Positions 45,039-54,132 are shown, counted from the first letter of the stretch. The stretch is DNA of 57,833 bases from Bacillota bacterium (GCA_012520315.1 JAAYOM010000113.1:1-57833); one strand, 5' to 3'. Numbers and translations: made by a program. Notes: generated by a model from the letters alone, not told the origin.

Positions 45039-46637
45039 ATGACTAAGGAGTCTTTTTTGCGCGGTGCGGTAGTTTTGACCTTGGCCAGTTTGGTCAGTAG
45101 ATTAATTGGTCTTTCCCATACAATTGTGCTGCCCCGTTTGATCTGTGACGATGGTATGGGCTTGTTCCAGCTGGTTAAGCCCATCCACTACTTCGCAGCG
45201 GTGGTGGCCATCTTCGGCCTGCCTGTAGCCATCTCCAAGCTTACCGCAGAAAAGGCGGCCTTAGGCACCAGGCAGGATGTGCACAGGGTGTTTGCGGTTG
45301 GGGCAGGATTGATGCTCTTTACAGGTGGGCTGGTTGCCTTGGCTCTCTTTTTTGGGGCGGATTGGTTTGCCCTCCGCTTTGCCAAGGACAGCGGGGTGAC
45401 CAAGACTTTGGCCCTGCTTGGTCCGGCCTGCTTTTTCTTGGCGTTAAGTGCGGCTTTGCGGGGTTTTTTCCAAGGACTGCAGCTCATGACCCCGGCGGCC
45501 ATTGCCCAGGTCGTGGATCAGGCAGTTCGGGTAGTTGTCACAGTACTGGCTTCCCTGTGGCTTAGGCCCCAGGGAGTGGAGATGGCCGTAACCGGCATTG
45601 CCTGGGGCTTTATTGCAGGTGAGTTCGCAGGCTGGCTGGTTCTGGCAGTTTACTATGCCTTTAGACACAAAGCTCTGCTGGCGGACATTCCCGTGCAGCG
45701 CCCCGAAAGGCACGGCGAATCGGTCCCTGACCTGGTCAAAAGACTGTTAATGCTGGCCTTTCCCGCTGTGGTAGCCACCATTTTATGGCCCATTATGCAG
45801 TTAGCCGACAGTCTGTTAATACCAACGCGCATGCAGCTGGCAGGGTTTACGCCGGATGTGATCCGAGAAAGCCTGGGTCATCTCGGCATGGCCTTAACTT
45901 TGTCCCAGTTTCCCAACGTGGTTACGGTAGCATTGGCCACAAGCCTGGTGCCAGCTATCTCTGAGGCTTGGGCCCTGCAAAGCAGAAAACTGGTTAGGCA
46001 TCGCTCCCAAGAAGCTTTACGCATCGCCCTGATCTTTGGCATCCCGTCCTGCGCAGCCCTCTTTGTGCTTGGCGAACCCTTAAGTCAGATGCTCTTTGGC
46101 TATAGCCAGGTGGGGGTACCTTTGCAGATTCTCTCCTTCGGCACCATCACCCTAGGGCTGATTCAGGCCGCCACAGGCATTTTACAAGGTTTAGGCCATA
46201 TGCTGATTCCAGTTCGCAATCTAGCCCTGGGCGTTCTGGTCAAGTTTGCCCTGAACTACTTTCTGCTGGCCGATCCCCGCTTTGGTATCTTAGGTGCTGC
46301 CTGGGGAACCACAATCGGCTGGGCAGTCATCGCATTGCTTAATTCACTTTCGGTCTGGCGCCAAATCGGCAAAGCGATCAGTTTCCGCCACAGTTTTGTC
46401 TATCCTGCCCTGGCGGCTGCAGGTGCCGCCCTCTGGATGTACTTCAGCTATGACAGCCTGGTTTACTTCCAACTGAATGGCACATCCAGCCTGGTTGCCC
46501 TGGTGACCGGTTTTGTACTATACTTTCTCACCCTCATGACCTGGGGAAGTTTAACAGAGCGGGATGTACATCTGCTGCCCATGATCGGAAAACCTCTAGC
46601 CCGCACCCTTTACACCTGGGGATTTTTGCGCCGCTGA
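45039..46637 (+). CDS. MOP-superfamily flippase (YabM/SpoVB-like)
   Basis: KESFLRGAVVLT, GLPVAISK, RGFFQG, LATSLVPAIS; follows spoVT. Confidence 0.88.
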   Translation: MTKESFLRGAVVLTLASLVSRLIGLSHTIVLPRLICDDGMGLFQLVKPIHYFAAVVAIFGLPVAISKLTAEKAALGTRQDVHRVFAVGAGLMLFTGGLVALALFFGADWFALRFAKDSGVTKTLALLGPACFFLALSAALRGFFQGLQLMTPAAIAQVVDQAVRVVVTVLASLWLRPQGVEMAVTGIAWGFIAGEFAGWLVLAVYYAFRHKALLADIPVQRPERHGESVPDLVKRLLMLAFPAVVATILWPIMQLADSLLIPTRMQLAGFTPDVIRESLGHLGMALTLSQFPNVVTVALATSLVPAISEAWALQSRKLVRHRSQEALRIALIFGIPSCAALFVLGEPLSQMLFGYSQVGVPLQILSFGTITLGLIQAATGILQGLGHMLIPVRNLALGVLVKFALNYFLLADPRFGILGAAWGTTIGWAVIALLNSLSVWRQIGKAISFRHSFVYPALAAAGAALWMYFSYDSLVYFQLNGTSSLVALVTGFVLYFLTLMTWGSLTERDVHLLPMIGKPLARTLYTWGFLRR

Positions 46638-47401
46638 GCCTTGGCCCGATCCCAGAGCACATTCAGGTCATCAAGGCTTAGATCATGCAGGTCCAAGCCC
46701 TCCTCCCGGGCATAGGCCTCAACCAGGTGAAAGCGTTCGACAAACTTTGCTGTCGCCCTTTGCAGCGCAAATTCCGGATCCACATCTACAAAGCGGGCCA
46801 AGTTCACCGCCGCAAAGAGCAGATCGCCGAGTTCATCTTCGATTTCTTCAGGGAGCTCCCGCTTTATTGCTGTCTCCAGTTCTGCCAGTTCTTCGTGGAT
46901 TTTCTCCACCACATCAGGCGTCTCGTCCCAATCAAAGCCAACCTTAGCCGCCTTTTTCTGGATCTTCTCAGCCCGCATTAGGGCCGGAAAAACGCTGGGA
47001 ACACCATCGAGGACCGAAACCCTTTGGGACAGGTTCTCTTCTGTCTTTTTAATGGCATCCCAGGTCTTGACAACCTGTTCAGGCGTATCTGCCTGCACTG
47101 AACCGCCAAAGACATGGGGATGGCGGCGGACAAGTTTTTCGCTCAAGTTTTCGATCACATCGTCCATTGAAAACGCCCCTTGCTCCTTTGCGATCTGGGC
47201 ATGGAGCAGGACCTGCAAGAGCACATCGCCCAGTTCATCTTTGATCGAATCTGTGTTTTCGCAGTCGATAGCTTCAAAGAGCTCGTATGTTTCCTCAAGT
47301 AAGAAGCGTTTCAAGCTTTGATGGGTCTGTTTCCGGTCCCAGGGGCAGCCTTCCGGGGATCGCAGTCTGCTGATGATTTGCAGTAAATTAGACCAGCTCA
47401 T
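46610..47401 (-). CDS. mazG: Nucleoside triphosphate pyrophosphohydrolase MazG (no methylase domain)
   Basis: GCPWDRKQTH, EETYE, ELGDVLLQ, RRHPHVF, ELGDLLFA. ATG 47401 follows AGGAG. Confidence 0.95.
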   Translation of the reverse strand: MSWSNLLQIISRLRSPEGCPWDRKQTHQSLKRFLLEETYELFEAIDCENTDSIKDELGDVLLQVLLHAQIAKEQGAFSMDDVIENLSEKLVRRHPHVFGGSVQADTPEQVVKTWDAIKKTEENLSQRVSVLDGVPSVFPALMRAEKIQKKAAKVGFDWDETPDVVEKIHEELAELETAIKRELPEEIEDELGDLLFAAVNLARFVDVDPEFALQRATAKFVERFHLVEAYAREEGLDLHDLSLDDLNVLWDRAKAQRRKNPQV

Positions 47402-47423
47402 GGAAGACTCCTTTCTGCTGTAA

Positions 47424-47453
47424 AAGTAGAAAAGCCCCCTAAGCCTAGGGGGC
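47424..47453 (-). terminator. Terminator after hup (minus strand)
   Basis: GCCCCCTA-AGCC-TAGGGGGC; followed on the minus strand by TTTTCTACTTTT. Confidence 0.7.
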
Positions 47454-47467
47454 ACGCATGATGACTA

Positions 47468-47746
47468 TTACTTAGGAGCTACAACTTCACGGAGGGACTT
47501 GCCTGGTTTAAAGGCAGGAACCTTCGTGGCAGGAATTGTGATTGGCTTTCCGGTAGAGGGATTGATGCCTTGACGCTCTTTGCGAGGTCTTACTTCAAAA
47601 GTGCCAAATCCTACAATAGTCACTTTTTCCTCTTTAGCCAGAGCTTCGGAAATAGATGCAAATACTGCCTCTACGGCTTCTCCAGCCGCCTTTTTCGTCA
47701 TGCCTGCTTTGTCAGCAACACTTGCAATCAATTCTGCTTTGTTCAC
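47468..47746 (-). CDS. hup: DNA-binding protein HU
   Basis: NKAELIA, VGFGTFEV, GINPSTG, PAFKPGK. GTG 47746 follows AAGGAGG. Confidence 0.97.
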   Translation of the reverse strand: MNKAELIASVADKAGMTKKAAGEAVEAVFASISEALAKEEKVTIVGFGTFEVRPRKERQGINPSTGKPITIPATKVPAFKPGKSLREVVAPK

Positions 47747-47782
47747 AAATAAACCTCCTTTAAGGTGCAAATATACCCAGTA

Positions 47783-47809
47783 ATTCTAGCATTATTCGGG
47801 TTCTCCTGC
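47783..47809 (-). promoter_or_regulatory. sigmaH-type (overlapping extended -10) promoter of hup
   Basis: Minus strand GCAGGAGAA-N11-CTAGAAT; also TG-C-TAGAAT. Confidence 0.6.
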
Positions 47810-47913
47810 TAATGGTGGTAATATTTTCCCCGAAAACTTTGATAATACCCGCCTTTGAGACGTTTTTTGCCCCCTTTTTTGGTGAAACTATAAAAAAGTG
47901 AGGGAGGCGTGCC

Positions 47914-48873
47914 ATGACCTTCAAGAAAAACCACGCAATTGTCCTAGGTTTAGTGCTGGTGGTCATTGCCAGCGTGACAGTCTTGATCAGCTGGTCCGGC
48001 GATGATCGCAATATTGTCCGGGAGCTGCAGGAGGAACCGACCATTTCTGTCTACATGAATGACACAGGCCAAATTCGAGAAATGAAGCTTGAAGAATACA
48101 TCGCCGGGGTGGTGGCAGGGGAAATGTTCCCCGACTGGCCTGTAGAGGCCTATGCAGCCCAGGCCATCTTTGCCCGCAGCTTCACCATGGACTTCATTTC
48201 CACAGGCGGAGTCAAAGACAAGTATGGGGCCGATGTTTCTACCTCCATCGAAGAAACGCAGGCCTTTAACCCAGATGCGGTCACAGAGGAGATCAAAAAA
48301 GGGGTGGAAATGACCCGGGGCGAGGTGATGACCTATGATAACCGCTTTGTCCGGGGCTGGTTCCACGCCTATTCCGGGGGTGTTACTGCCAGGGCCAAGG
48401 AAGGATTGGATTACCAGGAGGAGGAACCGCCCTTTACTGTCACGAGAGAGCTGCCTGAAAATACCCATGTGCCAGATGAGGTTAAGAAATGGACTGTTCA
48501 GTACAGTGCCGCGGAGTTGAGAAATCTCCTGTCCAGGACAGGCCTGAATGTTGGGGATATCCAGAGTCTGGAGATTACAGAAAGGGGCCCGACCAAACGG
48601 ATCACCGAAATATCAGTCACCGGCACCCAGGGCGAGGGAAAGGTTTCGGGGCCCGAGTTTCGGCTTGCAGTTGATTCCACAAAAATGAAATCAACTTTAG
48701 TGCACGACTTTACATTTGAAAACGGGGTTTTGACCATCACCGGCACCGGCTATGGGCACGGCGTAGGCCTGAGCCAGTGGGATGCCTTTATGCTGGCTAA
48801 GGACGGAAAGAGCCCAGAGGAGATAGTAGAGACCTTCTTTGAAGGAATCAAGATCAGGAAAATCTACGACTAA
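47914..48873 (+). CDS. SpoIID/LytB-family lytic transglycosylase with N-terminal TM segment
   Basis: LEEYIAGVVAGEM (catalytic Glu), AQAIFARS, GYGHGVGLSQ. Confidence 0.88.
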   Translation: MTFKKNHAIVLGLVLVVIASVTVLISWSGDDRNIVRELQEEPTISVYMNDTGQIREMKLEEYIAGVVAGEMFPDWPVEAYAAQAIFARSFTMDFISTGGVKDKYGADVSTSIEETQAFNPDAVTEEIKKGVEMTRGEVMTYDNRFVRGWFHAYSGGVTARAKEGLDYQEEEPPFTVTRELPENTHVPDEVKKWTVQYSAAELRNLLSRTGLNVGDIQSLEITERGPTKRITEISVTGTQGEGKVSGPEFRLAVDSTKMKSTLVHDFTFENGVLTITGTGYGHGVGLSQWDAFMLAKDGKSPEEIVETFFEGIKIRKIYD

Positions 48874-48902
48874 GTCTAACTTGGCTACCTCCTGCATAGA
48901 AT
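48874..48902 (+). promoter_or_regulatory. sigmaE-type promoter of yabP-yabQ
   Basis: GTCTAAC-N14-CATAGAAT; yabPQ is sigmaE-dependent in B. subtilis. Confidence 0.6.
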
Positions 48903-48948
48903 GGCATAGGCAGCAATTCAGATTGACCTTGACAGGGAGGTAGTTCAA

Positions 48949-49233
48949 GTGGACGATAGGAGAATAAACAATGTCCGCCATCAGCTGGTTTTGGCAGAAC
49001 GGGAGCGCCTGACAATTGATGGAGTGATTCATGTAGAGAGCTTTGACGATCGGGAAATTGTACTGGAGACCGAGCTTGGCGGCCTGGTGGTGCAGGGAGA
49101 CGAGCTGCATATCAAAGAGTTGAACTTAGAGAAAGGAAACCTGCTTGTTAGCGGCTACATCTCATCCGTAGAGTATCTGGGCGATTCTCTGGCCAAGCGC
49201 AGCAAGGGACTGTTGGCAAGACTTTTTAAATAG
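48949..49233 (+). CDS. yabP: Sporulation protein YabP
   Basis: RERLTIDGVIHVESFD, LLARLFK. Confidence 0.94.
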   Translation: MDDRRINNVRHQLVLAERERLTIDGVIHVESFDDREIVLETELGGLVVQGDELHIKELNLEKGNLLVSGYISSVEYLGDSLAKRSKGLLARLFK

Positions 49234-49253
49234 GCTTAAGGGGAGGTGTCTGT

Positions 49254-49724
49254 GTGGAATCTCTGGGCACTCAGCTTTATGCCTTTGGAATTGTCCTTTT
49301 GGCGGGAATCACCTTAGGACTCTTCTTTGATCTCTTTCGCGTGATCCGCGGACTTCTGCGTCCGGGCATACTAAGCACGCCCCTTTTAGATCTGCTCTTT
49401 TGGGCCTTGGTCACCCCAGTCCTGTTGCTCTATCTTATCTTGGCCAACTGGGGTGAGCTGAGAGGCTATGTGATTATAGGCCTGGCTTTGGGCCTATTTT
49501 TCTATCGTTTGCTCCTCTCCGGCATGATTATTAGCTTTTTGCTCTGGGTGGTGCAGGCAGTTAGGGGGCTGCTCAATCTTTTAGTTTCCTTCTTGCTTTG
49601 GCTGATCTCTTTTCCGGTCCTTCTCATTCAGGAAATTCGCTTTAGCTGGTCCCATCGTGCCAGAATTCCAGGTGCAGTCAAGAGAGGCTGGCGCTTGAGG
49701 CCGCCGCTTCGCTGGAAAAAATAA
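49254..49724 (+). CDS. yabQ: Spore cortex protein YabQ
   Basis: GLFFDLFR, DLLFW, NWGELRGY; follows yabP. Confidence 0.92.
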   Translation: MESLGTQLYAFGIVLLAGITLGLFFDLFRVIRGLLRPGILSTPLLDLLFWALVTPVLLLYLILANWGELRGYVIIGLALGLFFYRLLLSGMIISFLLWVVQAVRGLLNLLVSFLLWLISFPVLLIQEIRFSWSHRARIPGAVKRGWRLRPPLRWKK

Positions 49725-49793
49725 GAAAAAAATGAACCAGGCAGGAAAACTGCAAAGGAGGGGGAAAAGGAAGAGCTAGGAGGGAATGTTCGG

Positions 49794-50111
49794 ATGGCCA
49801 AAAAACGTGTACGAATACAACCCTGGCGAATCCTGCTTCTCCTGGTAATCTTGTGGGTTGGATTCAGCTTTGCCAGGGGCGGGTTGGAAAACCTCAAGTT
49901 AAGACGGGAGATTGAGGCTTTAGAGAAGCAGCTCATTGTTTTAGAGTTGCGTAAAGAAGACTTGGAGAGGGAAATAGAAGAGTGGAGATCCCCTGAAAAT
50001 GTGGAACGGGTGGCCCGGGAGCAGCTGGGCCTGGTGATGCCGGGTGAAGTAGTGTACAGAGTGTCAGAATCCTTCTCTGGTAATATTGAGCATGATGTGG
50101 GGAAAAGGTAG
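49794..50111 (+). CDS. divIC: Septum formation initiator DivIC/FtsB
   Basis: Single TM, coiled coil, ERVAREQLGLVMPGE. Confidence 0.9.
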   Translation: MAKKRVRIQPWRILLLLVILWVGFSFARGGLENLKLRREIEALEKQLIVLELRKEDLEREIEEWRSPENVERVAREQLGLVMPGEVVYRVSESFSGNIEHDVGKR

Positions 50112-50116
50112 CTTGA

Positions 50117-50145
50117 TTGACACAAAAGTCGTGATAATATATAAT
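50117..50145 (+). promoter_or_regulatory. Consensus sigmaA promoter of yabR
   Basis: TTGACA-N17-TATAAT, perfect. Confidence 0.92.
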
Positions 50146-50201
50146 GTTAAGTAGTCGCGTGCCCTGCACGGCAAAATCCAAGAGGAGGAATTTTTTAACG
50201 T

Positions 50202-50588
50202 ATGTCAATTGATGTCGGCAACATTGTCGAAGGAAAGGTTACGGGAATTACCAACTTTGGTGCTTTCGTCGAACTCTCCAATGGAAAAACCGGTTTAGTC
50301 CACATTTCTGAAGTAGCAGATGCTTATGTCAAGGATATTAAGGACTTTTTGAATGAGAATGACGTTGTTAAAGTGAAAGTCATTAATATGAGCGAAGGCA
50401 AGATTGGTCTTTCGATCAAACAGGCGAATCCCACTGCACCTTCGCGTGATCGTCGCGGACCGCGCAGAAGGCCGCATTCTATGGATTTTGAGGAGCGCCT
50501 GTCGCGTTTCTTAAAAGACAGTGATGAAAGGCAGACTGCTCTGAAGAAAAGCCAGGACTCAAAACGGGGAGGCAGGGGCGCAAGGTAG
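50202..50588 (+). CDS. yabR: S1-domain RNA-binding protein YabR
   Basis: GKVTGITNFGAFV, GLVHISEVA, FEERLSRFLKDSDER. Confidence 0.93.
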   Translation: MSIDVGNIVEGKVTGITNFGAFVELSNGKTGLVHISEVADAYVKDIKDFLNENDVVKVKVINMSEGKIGLSIKQANPTAPSRDRRGPRRRPHSMDFEERLSRFLKDSDERQTALKKSQDSKRGGRGAR

Positions 50589-50622
50589 ATGTAAACGAAA
50601 CACAAGCCTTTCTCCGAAATTC

Positions 50623-50648
50623 AAACACCTCCGCTGGGGGTGTTTTTT
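50623..50648 (+). terminator. Terminator after yabR
   Basis: AAACACCTCC-GCT-GGGGGTGTTT then TTT. Confidence 0.8.
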
Positions 50649-50698
50649 ACATGTAAGGAAGTGATCTTCTGAGGTACGAAAAGCCTGATAAGGAAAGG

Positions 50699-51229
50699 TT
50701 GGCTATTATCAAGGGACAGCTCGGCAGGGAACCCCGGGGCGTTCTTGGTGTGCATACGGTGTGCGAGTATGGTTTTCCCCAGGTCATTGTGAATCGGCCG
50801 GTCTGGGCTACAGATTTGAATATCGAAATCTTTCCTACGCTGTACTGGCTGACCTGCCCTTATTTACGCAAAGAGCTGGCTACATTGGAGGCAGAGGGTC
50901 TAGTTGCCCATTACGAGCAGCGAATTCAGGAGGACGCAGATTTTGCCGCCCTGGTGGAAAAGAACCATGAAAACTATGCCAAGCGCCGCTTAGCCTTGAT
51001 TCCAGCCGTTGTTCAAGAGAGCCTCAAAGAGGAGTATCCTGATCGCTTTCAGGTGCTGGCCGAGGCTGGGGTGGGAGGAATTCGCAGCGCCGAGGGTGTG
51101 AAATGTCTCCACACCCATGTGGCCGATTTCCTGGTTCACGGGGAAAACCCCATTGGCCAAGAAGTGCTGGCTGTCTTTGACAAACCCCTCTTCTGCCCCA
51201 ATAAACAGTGTGAGGACTACCTGCCGTGA
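50699..51229 (+). CDS. DUF501-family protein
   Basis: QLGREPRG, FPTLYWLTCP, GVGG, VKCLHTH, NPIG. May start at CTG 50669. Confidence 0.87.
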   Translation: MAIIKGQLGREPRGVLGVHTVCEYGFPQVIVNRPVWATDLNIEIFPTLYWLTCPYLRKELATLEAEGLVAHYEQRIQEDADFAALVEKNHENYAKRRLALIPAVVQESLKEEYPDRFQVLAEAGVGGIRSAEGVKCLHTHVADFLVHGENPIGQEVLAVFDKPLFCPNKQCEDYLP

Positions 51230-52113
51230 GGGCAGTTCTGGATGTGGGCACAAATTCGGTCCGCCTCCTTGTTGCCAAAGTGTCACGGGGCAGGGTGGAA
51301 CCGGTAACCAAAGAGGTCAGGGTCACCCGCCTAGGTGAAGGTGTTGATATCAAAAAGAGCCTTGATTCCAAGGCCATGGATCGCACTTTAGCCGCCTTGC
51401 AGGAACTCAGCTCCTTGATTCCCCCAGGTGTGCCCACAAAGATTTTCGCTACAAGCGCAGTGCGCGACGCCTCCAACCGGGAGGAGTTTGCCCGTCTGAT
51501 CAAGGAACAGCTAGGCATTTCGCTCCAAATCATCTCCGGTTCTAGAGAAGCAGAGTTGTCCTTTCTAGGGGCGGTTTCGGCACTGCATGGCTTAGGCCTG
51601 CCAGAACCGATTGCGGTAGTTGATATTGGCGGCGGGAGCACTGAAATCTATACAGGCACCAGCCAAGGTGAACTCCTTGGAGGGTGCAGTATGCAAGTTG
51701 GTGCAGTGCGCTTGCTGGAGCGCCATCCACACCTAGATGCGGATCTCGACAGCCAGATTCAGGCACTTCTGGCCCCTGGGGTGAGGGGGAATCTGAGATT
51801 TTCGCCGCAAACGCTTGTGGCAGTGGGCGGCACAGCCAGCAGTCTGGCAGCCATTATCCAAGACTTAGACGAATACAGTGACAGCAAGGTCGCCGGTTTC
51901 GTCTATTCCTTGTCCGAACTGGCAGATTGCTATGGAAAATTGGGCAGACTATCTTTGGAGGAACGTCGCCAGATACCCTCACTGCAGGCAGGGCGGGAGG
52001 ATATAATTATCTATGGGGCCGCTATTTTGCTGCAGCTAGTTACTATGATGGGATTTCCCCAAATTTACACCTGCACAAGCAGCGTGCTCCATGGCGCGCT
52101 AATTGTAGGCTAG
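51226..52113 (+). CDS. ppx: Ppx/GppA family exopolyphosphatase, short form
   Basis: DVGTNSVRL, TRLGEG, ATSAVRDA, EAELSF, DIGGGSTE. Confidence 0.9.
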   Translation: MRAVLDVGTNSVRLLVAKVSRGRVEPVTKEVRVTRLGEGVDIKKSLDSKAMDRTLAALQELSSLIPPGVPTKIFATSAVRDASNREEFARLIKEQLGISLQIISGSREAELSFLGAVSALHGLGLPEPIAVVDIGGGSTEIYTGTSQGELLGGCSMQVGAVRLLERHPHLDADLDSQIQALLAPGVRGNLRFSPQTLVAVGGTASSLAAIIQDLDEYSDSKVAGFVYSLSELADCYGKLGRLSLEERRQIPSLQAGREDIIIYGAAILLQLVTMMGFPQIYTCTSSVLHGALIVG

Positions 52114-52158
52114 ACACATTTGCTCGGAAAAACTGGCAGATTGCTGCCAAAAGGGCAG

Positions 52159-52187
52159 TTGACGAAGGTGTGCAAATAGATTATAAT
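52159..52187 (+). promoter_or_regulatory. sigmaA promoter of tRNA-Leu
   Basis: TTGACG-N17-TATAAT. Confidence 0.85.
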
Positions 52188-52200
52188 TACTTAGGGTTAT

Positions 52201-52287
52201 GCCGGGGTGGCGGAATGGCAGACGCTACGGACTTAAAATCCGTTGGGCTAAGCGCCCGTGAGGGTTCGAGTCCCTCCCCCGGCACCA
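52201..52287 (+). tRNA. tRNA-Leu (anticodon TAA)
   Basis: GCCGGGG acceptor, ACGGA-CT-TAA-AA-TCCGT anticodon arm, long variable arm, GGTTCGAGTCC, encoded CCA. Confidence 0.97.
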
Positions 52288-52297
52288 CTTTGAAACC

Positions 52298-52320
52298 ACA
52301 CCTGTTCGGGGTGTTTTTTT
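52298..52320 (+). terminator. Terminator after tRNA-Leu
   Basis: ACACCT-GTTCG-GGGTGT then a T-run. Confidence 0.65.
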
Positions 52321-52337
52321 GTCTAAGGGGTGAAGAA

Positions 52338-52721
52338 ATGCGAGGTGCAAAGAAGCCAAGTGAACTGGAGAGGGCTGTACAGGCAGGAATTCATGGTACA
52401 CCGCAGCTGAGGCCTGATGAAAAGCGCCGATATCTAGGTTTTTTCAGGGAGCGGGTGATCCAGGCTGTCACCTTTAGGCAACTGCAAACCGCCGAGGGGT
52501 TTCAGGTGATTAAGGAGGCCCTCAGTGATTCCCGCGGGGTGGAGCTGGTCATTCACAAAAAGGCCAGAACTCGGGCGATGCCCCTGATTGCCCAGGCCCG
52601 TAAACAAGGTCTGGATTTTACCATTGTCTCAAACCCCAACCTCAGAGGTGAGGTGGCAGTAATCTTAGTTGCCAGGGATGCGGTGGATGTACCGGTCCTT
52701 TATTCCGAACAAGAATCTTAA
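52338..52721 (+). CDS. YueI/DUF1694-family protein (127 aa)
   Basis: GIHGTPQLRPDEKRRYLGFFRERV. Real start is ATG 52338; the ORF-track start at 51927 runs through the tRNA. Confidence 0.85.
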   Translation: MRGAKKPSELERAVQAGIHGTPQLRPDEKRRYLGFFRERVIQAVTFRQLQTAEGFQVIKEALSDSRGVELVIHKKARTRAMPLIAQARKQGLDFTIVSNPNLRGEVAVILVARDAVDVPVLYSEQES

Positions 52722-52761
52722 GGAAAAGAAACAGGTGCGCCGCTTGGGGCGCACCTTTGAT

Positions 52762-53208
52762 TTACACGACTTCTTGCTCCTCATCTTCTTGAAACTCGGC
52801 ATCCTCTGCCGCTACTTCTTCCTCTTCCTCCTCGAAAGCGGTCGGCTCCGGCCCGCGAACCTCTTCCCTTGTCTCCCTTGGTTTGGCTGGGGCTAACACC
52901 AAACTGACTAAAATAAAGGCAAGGCCGACGAAGAGCGGCAGCAATCCGGCCAACAGCCAGGGGCCGACACCTAATGTGATCAGACCGATGGTGAGTGCTA
53001 GGCCGATGAGGCCGACTGTCAGGCCGATGGCCAGGAAGACCTTGTGATTCTTCCTTGTCTGGTTTTCACTTTCCACAGGAACGCCCTGGGCAATCAGGCC
53101 CATTCGCTCTTTGTGGGTGAACCAGCGTAAGGTGATCACTAAGATTACTACCAGTGCCGTGAGAATAATAGGGGTGAAATACGCTAAGTAGGTCACAGTA
53201 TAGCTCAC
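52762..53208 (-). CDS. Membrane protein, DUF6249-like, with acidic C-terminal tail
   Basis: TM then RWFTHKERMGLIAQG, two further TMs. GTG 53208 follows GGAGAG. Confidence 0.65.
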   Translation of the reverse strand: MSYTVTYLAYFTPIILTALVVILVITLRWFTHKERMGLIAQGVPVESENQTRKNHKVFLAIGLTVGLIGLALTIGLITLGVGPWLLAGLLPLFVGLAFILVSLVLAPAKPRETREEVRGPEPTAFEEEEEEVAAEDAEFQEDEEQEVV

Positions 53209-53209
53209 A

Positions 53210-54112
53210 TTAATCTCTCCCATTCGTTTGATTTTTTACTTCTAGAGATCCAAGGCTGAGGTCTACAAAAATGGATCCGCGCTGCTCCCCTGCACCGATG
53301 ATTCCTTTAATGTCGCCTTCATTCTGCTGTCCTTTAAAGGGCACCTTGTTCCTGAAGGATCCTAAATCAATGCTTCCCTCTAATACATATGACTCCTGAG
53401 GCGAAAGAAGTAATGAAATATCTCCCAAGCTGCTTTCCAGCACAGTACGTTTAGCCAAGCTCGCTTCGATGCTCAAATCGCCAAGGTGCGAAAGGGCGAC
53501 AAGTTCTTTGTCGAACTGAGAAGCAGAAATTTCGATGTTCCCCAGTGCTGTTTCTAGGTAGGCATCGCCCTTGAAGCCTTGCAGCCTGATTGTTCCGAGC
53601 TGATCGAGGGCCCTCACATAACCCTGGATATCCTTGACTTCGACTTCTCCGAGGCCTGTTTTAAGATCTAGACTCATCTGGGCTGGTACGACAACGGTCA
53701 GATCCGCCCTGGCCATTTCATTATTGCGCAGTCTCGGGGTGTGAACCTGGAGTATAGTTTTGTCTTTCGTAGTCTGGATCTCAAGGGACACTTCCCTTAG
53801 AAGCTCCTGGGTTCTCAGTGGGGTGGAGGCTCTGGTTTGGACCTGCATTCGGATTTGAATCTGCTCTACATCGGCCCCATCCACCACAATATCGCCATGG
53901 GGTGTTTCCACTTGCAGCTCCGGTCTAATTTCCGCCGCATATTCGCTTTCCTCTGTTAAAGAGGTGCTAAAGGGCATGTTTACTGCGGATAAAGCCGTGC
54001 CGGATTCTCCTGTGCCGAGAAAGGGGACGGGCAACAAGCCTGCACTGGCCGCCATGAGGGCAAGTGCGGCAATCAAAAGCAAAACGGTAATGACGATACC
54101 GACTTTTCGCAT
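53210..54112 (-). CDS. DUF4097/adhesin-like beta-strand repeat protein with N-terminal TM or signal
   Basis: Repeated S.LGD(I/L)/T.LG.(I/V) units, ETPHGDIVV. Start is 54112 or 54124. Confidence 0.75.
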   Translation of the reverse strand: MRKVGIVITVLLLIAALALMAASAGLLPVPFLGTGESGTALSAVNMPFSTSLTEESEYAAEIRPELQVETPHGDIVVDGADVEQIQIRMQVQTRASTPLRTQELLREVSLEIQTTKDKTILQVHTPRLRNNEMARADLTVVVPAQMSLDLKTGLGEVEVKDIQGYVRALDQLGTIRLQGFKGDAYLETALGNIEISASQFDKELVALSHLGDLSIEASLAKRTVLESSLGDISLLLSPQESYVLEGSIDLGSFRNKVPFKGQQNEGDIKGIIGAGEQRGSIFVDLSLGSLEVKNQTNGRD

Positions 54113-54132
54113 ACGATGATCCATCCTTTCTG

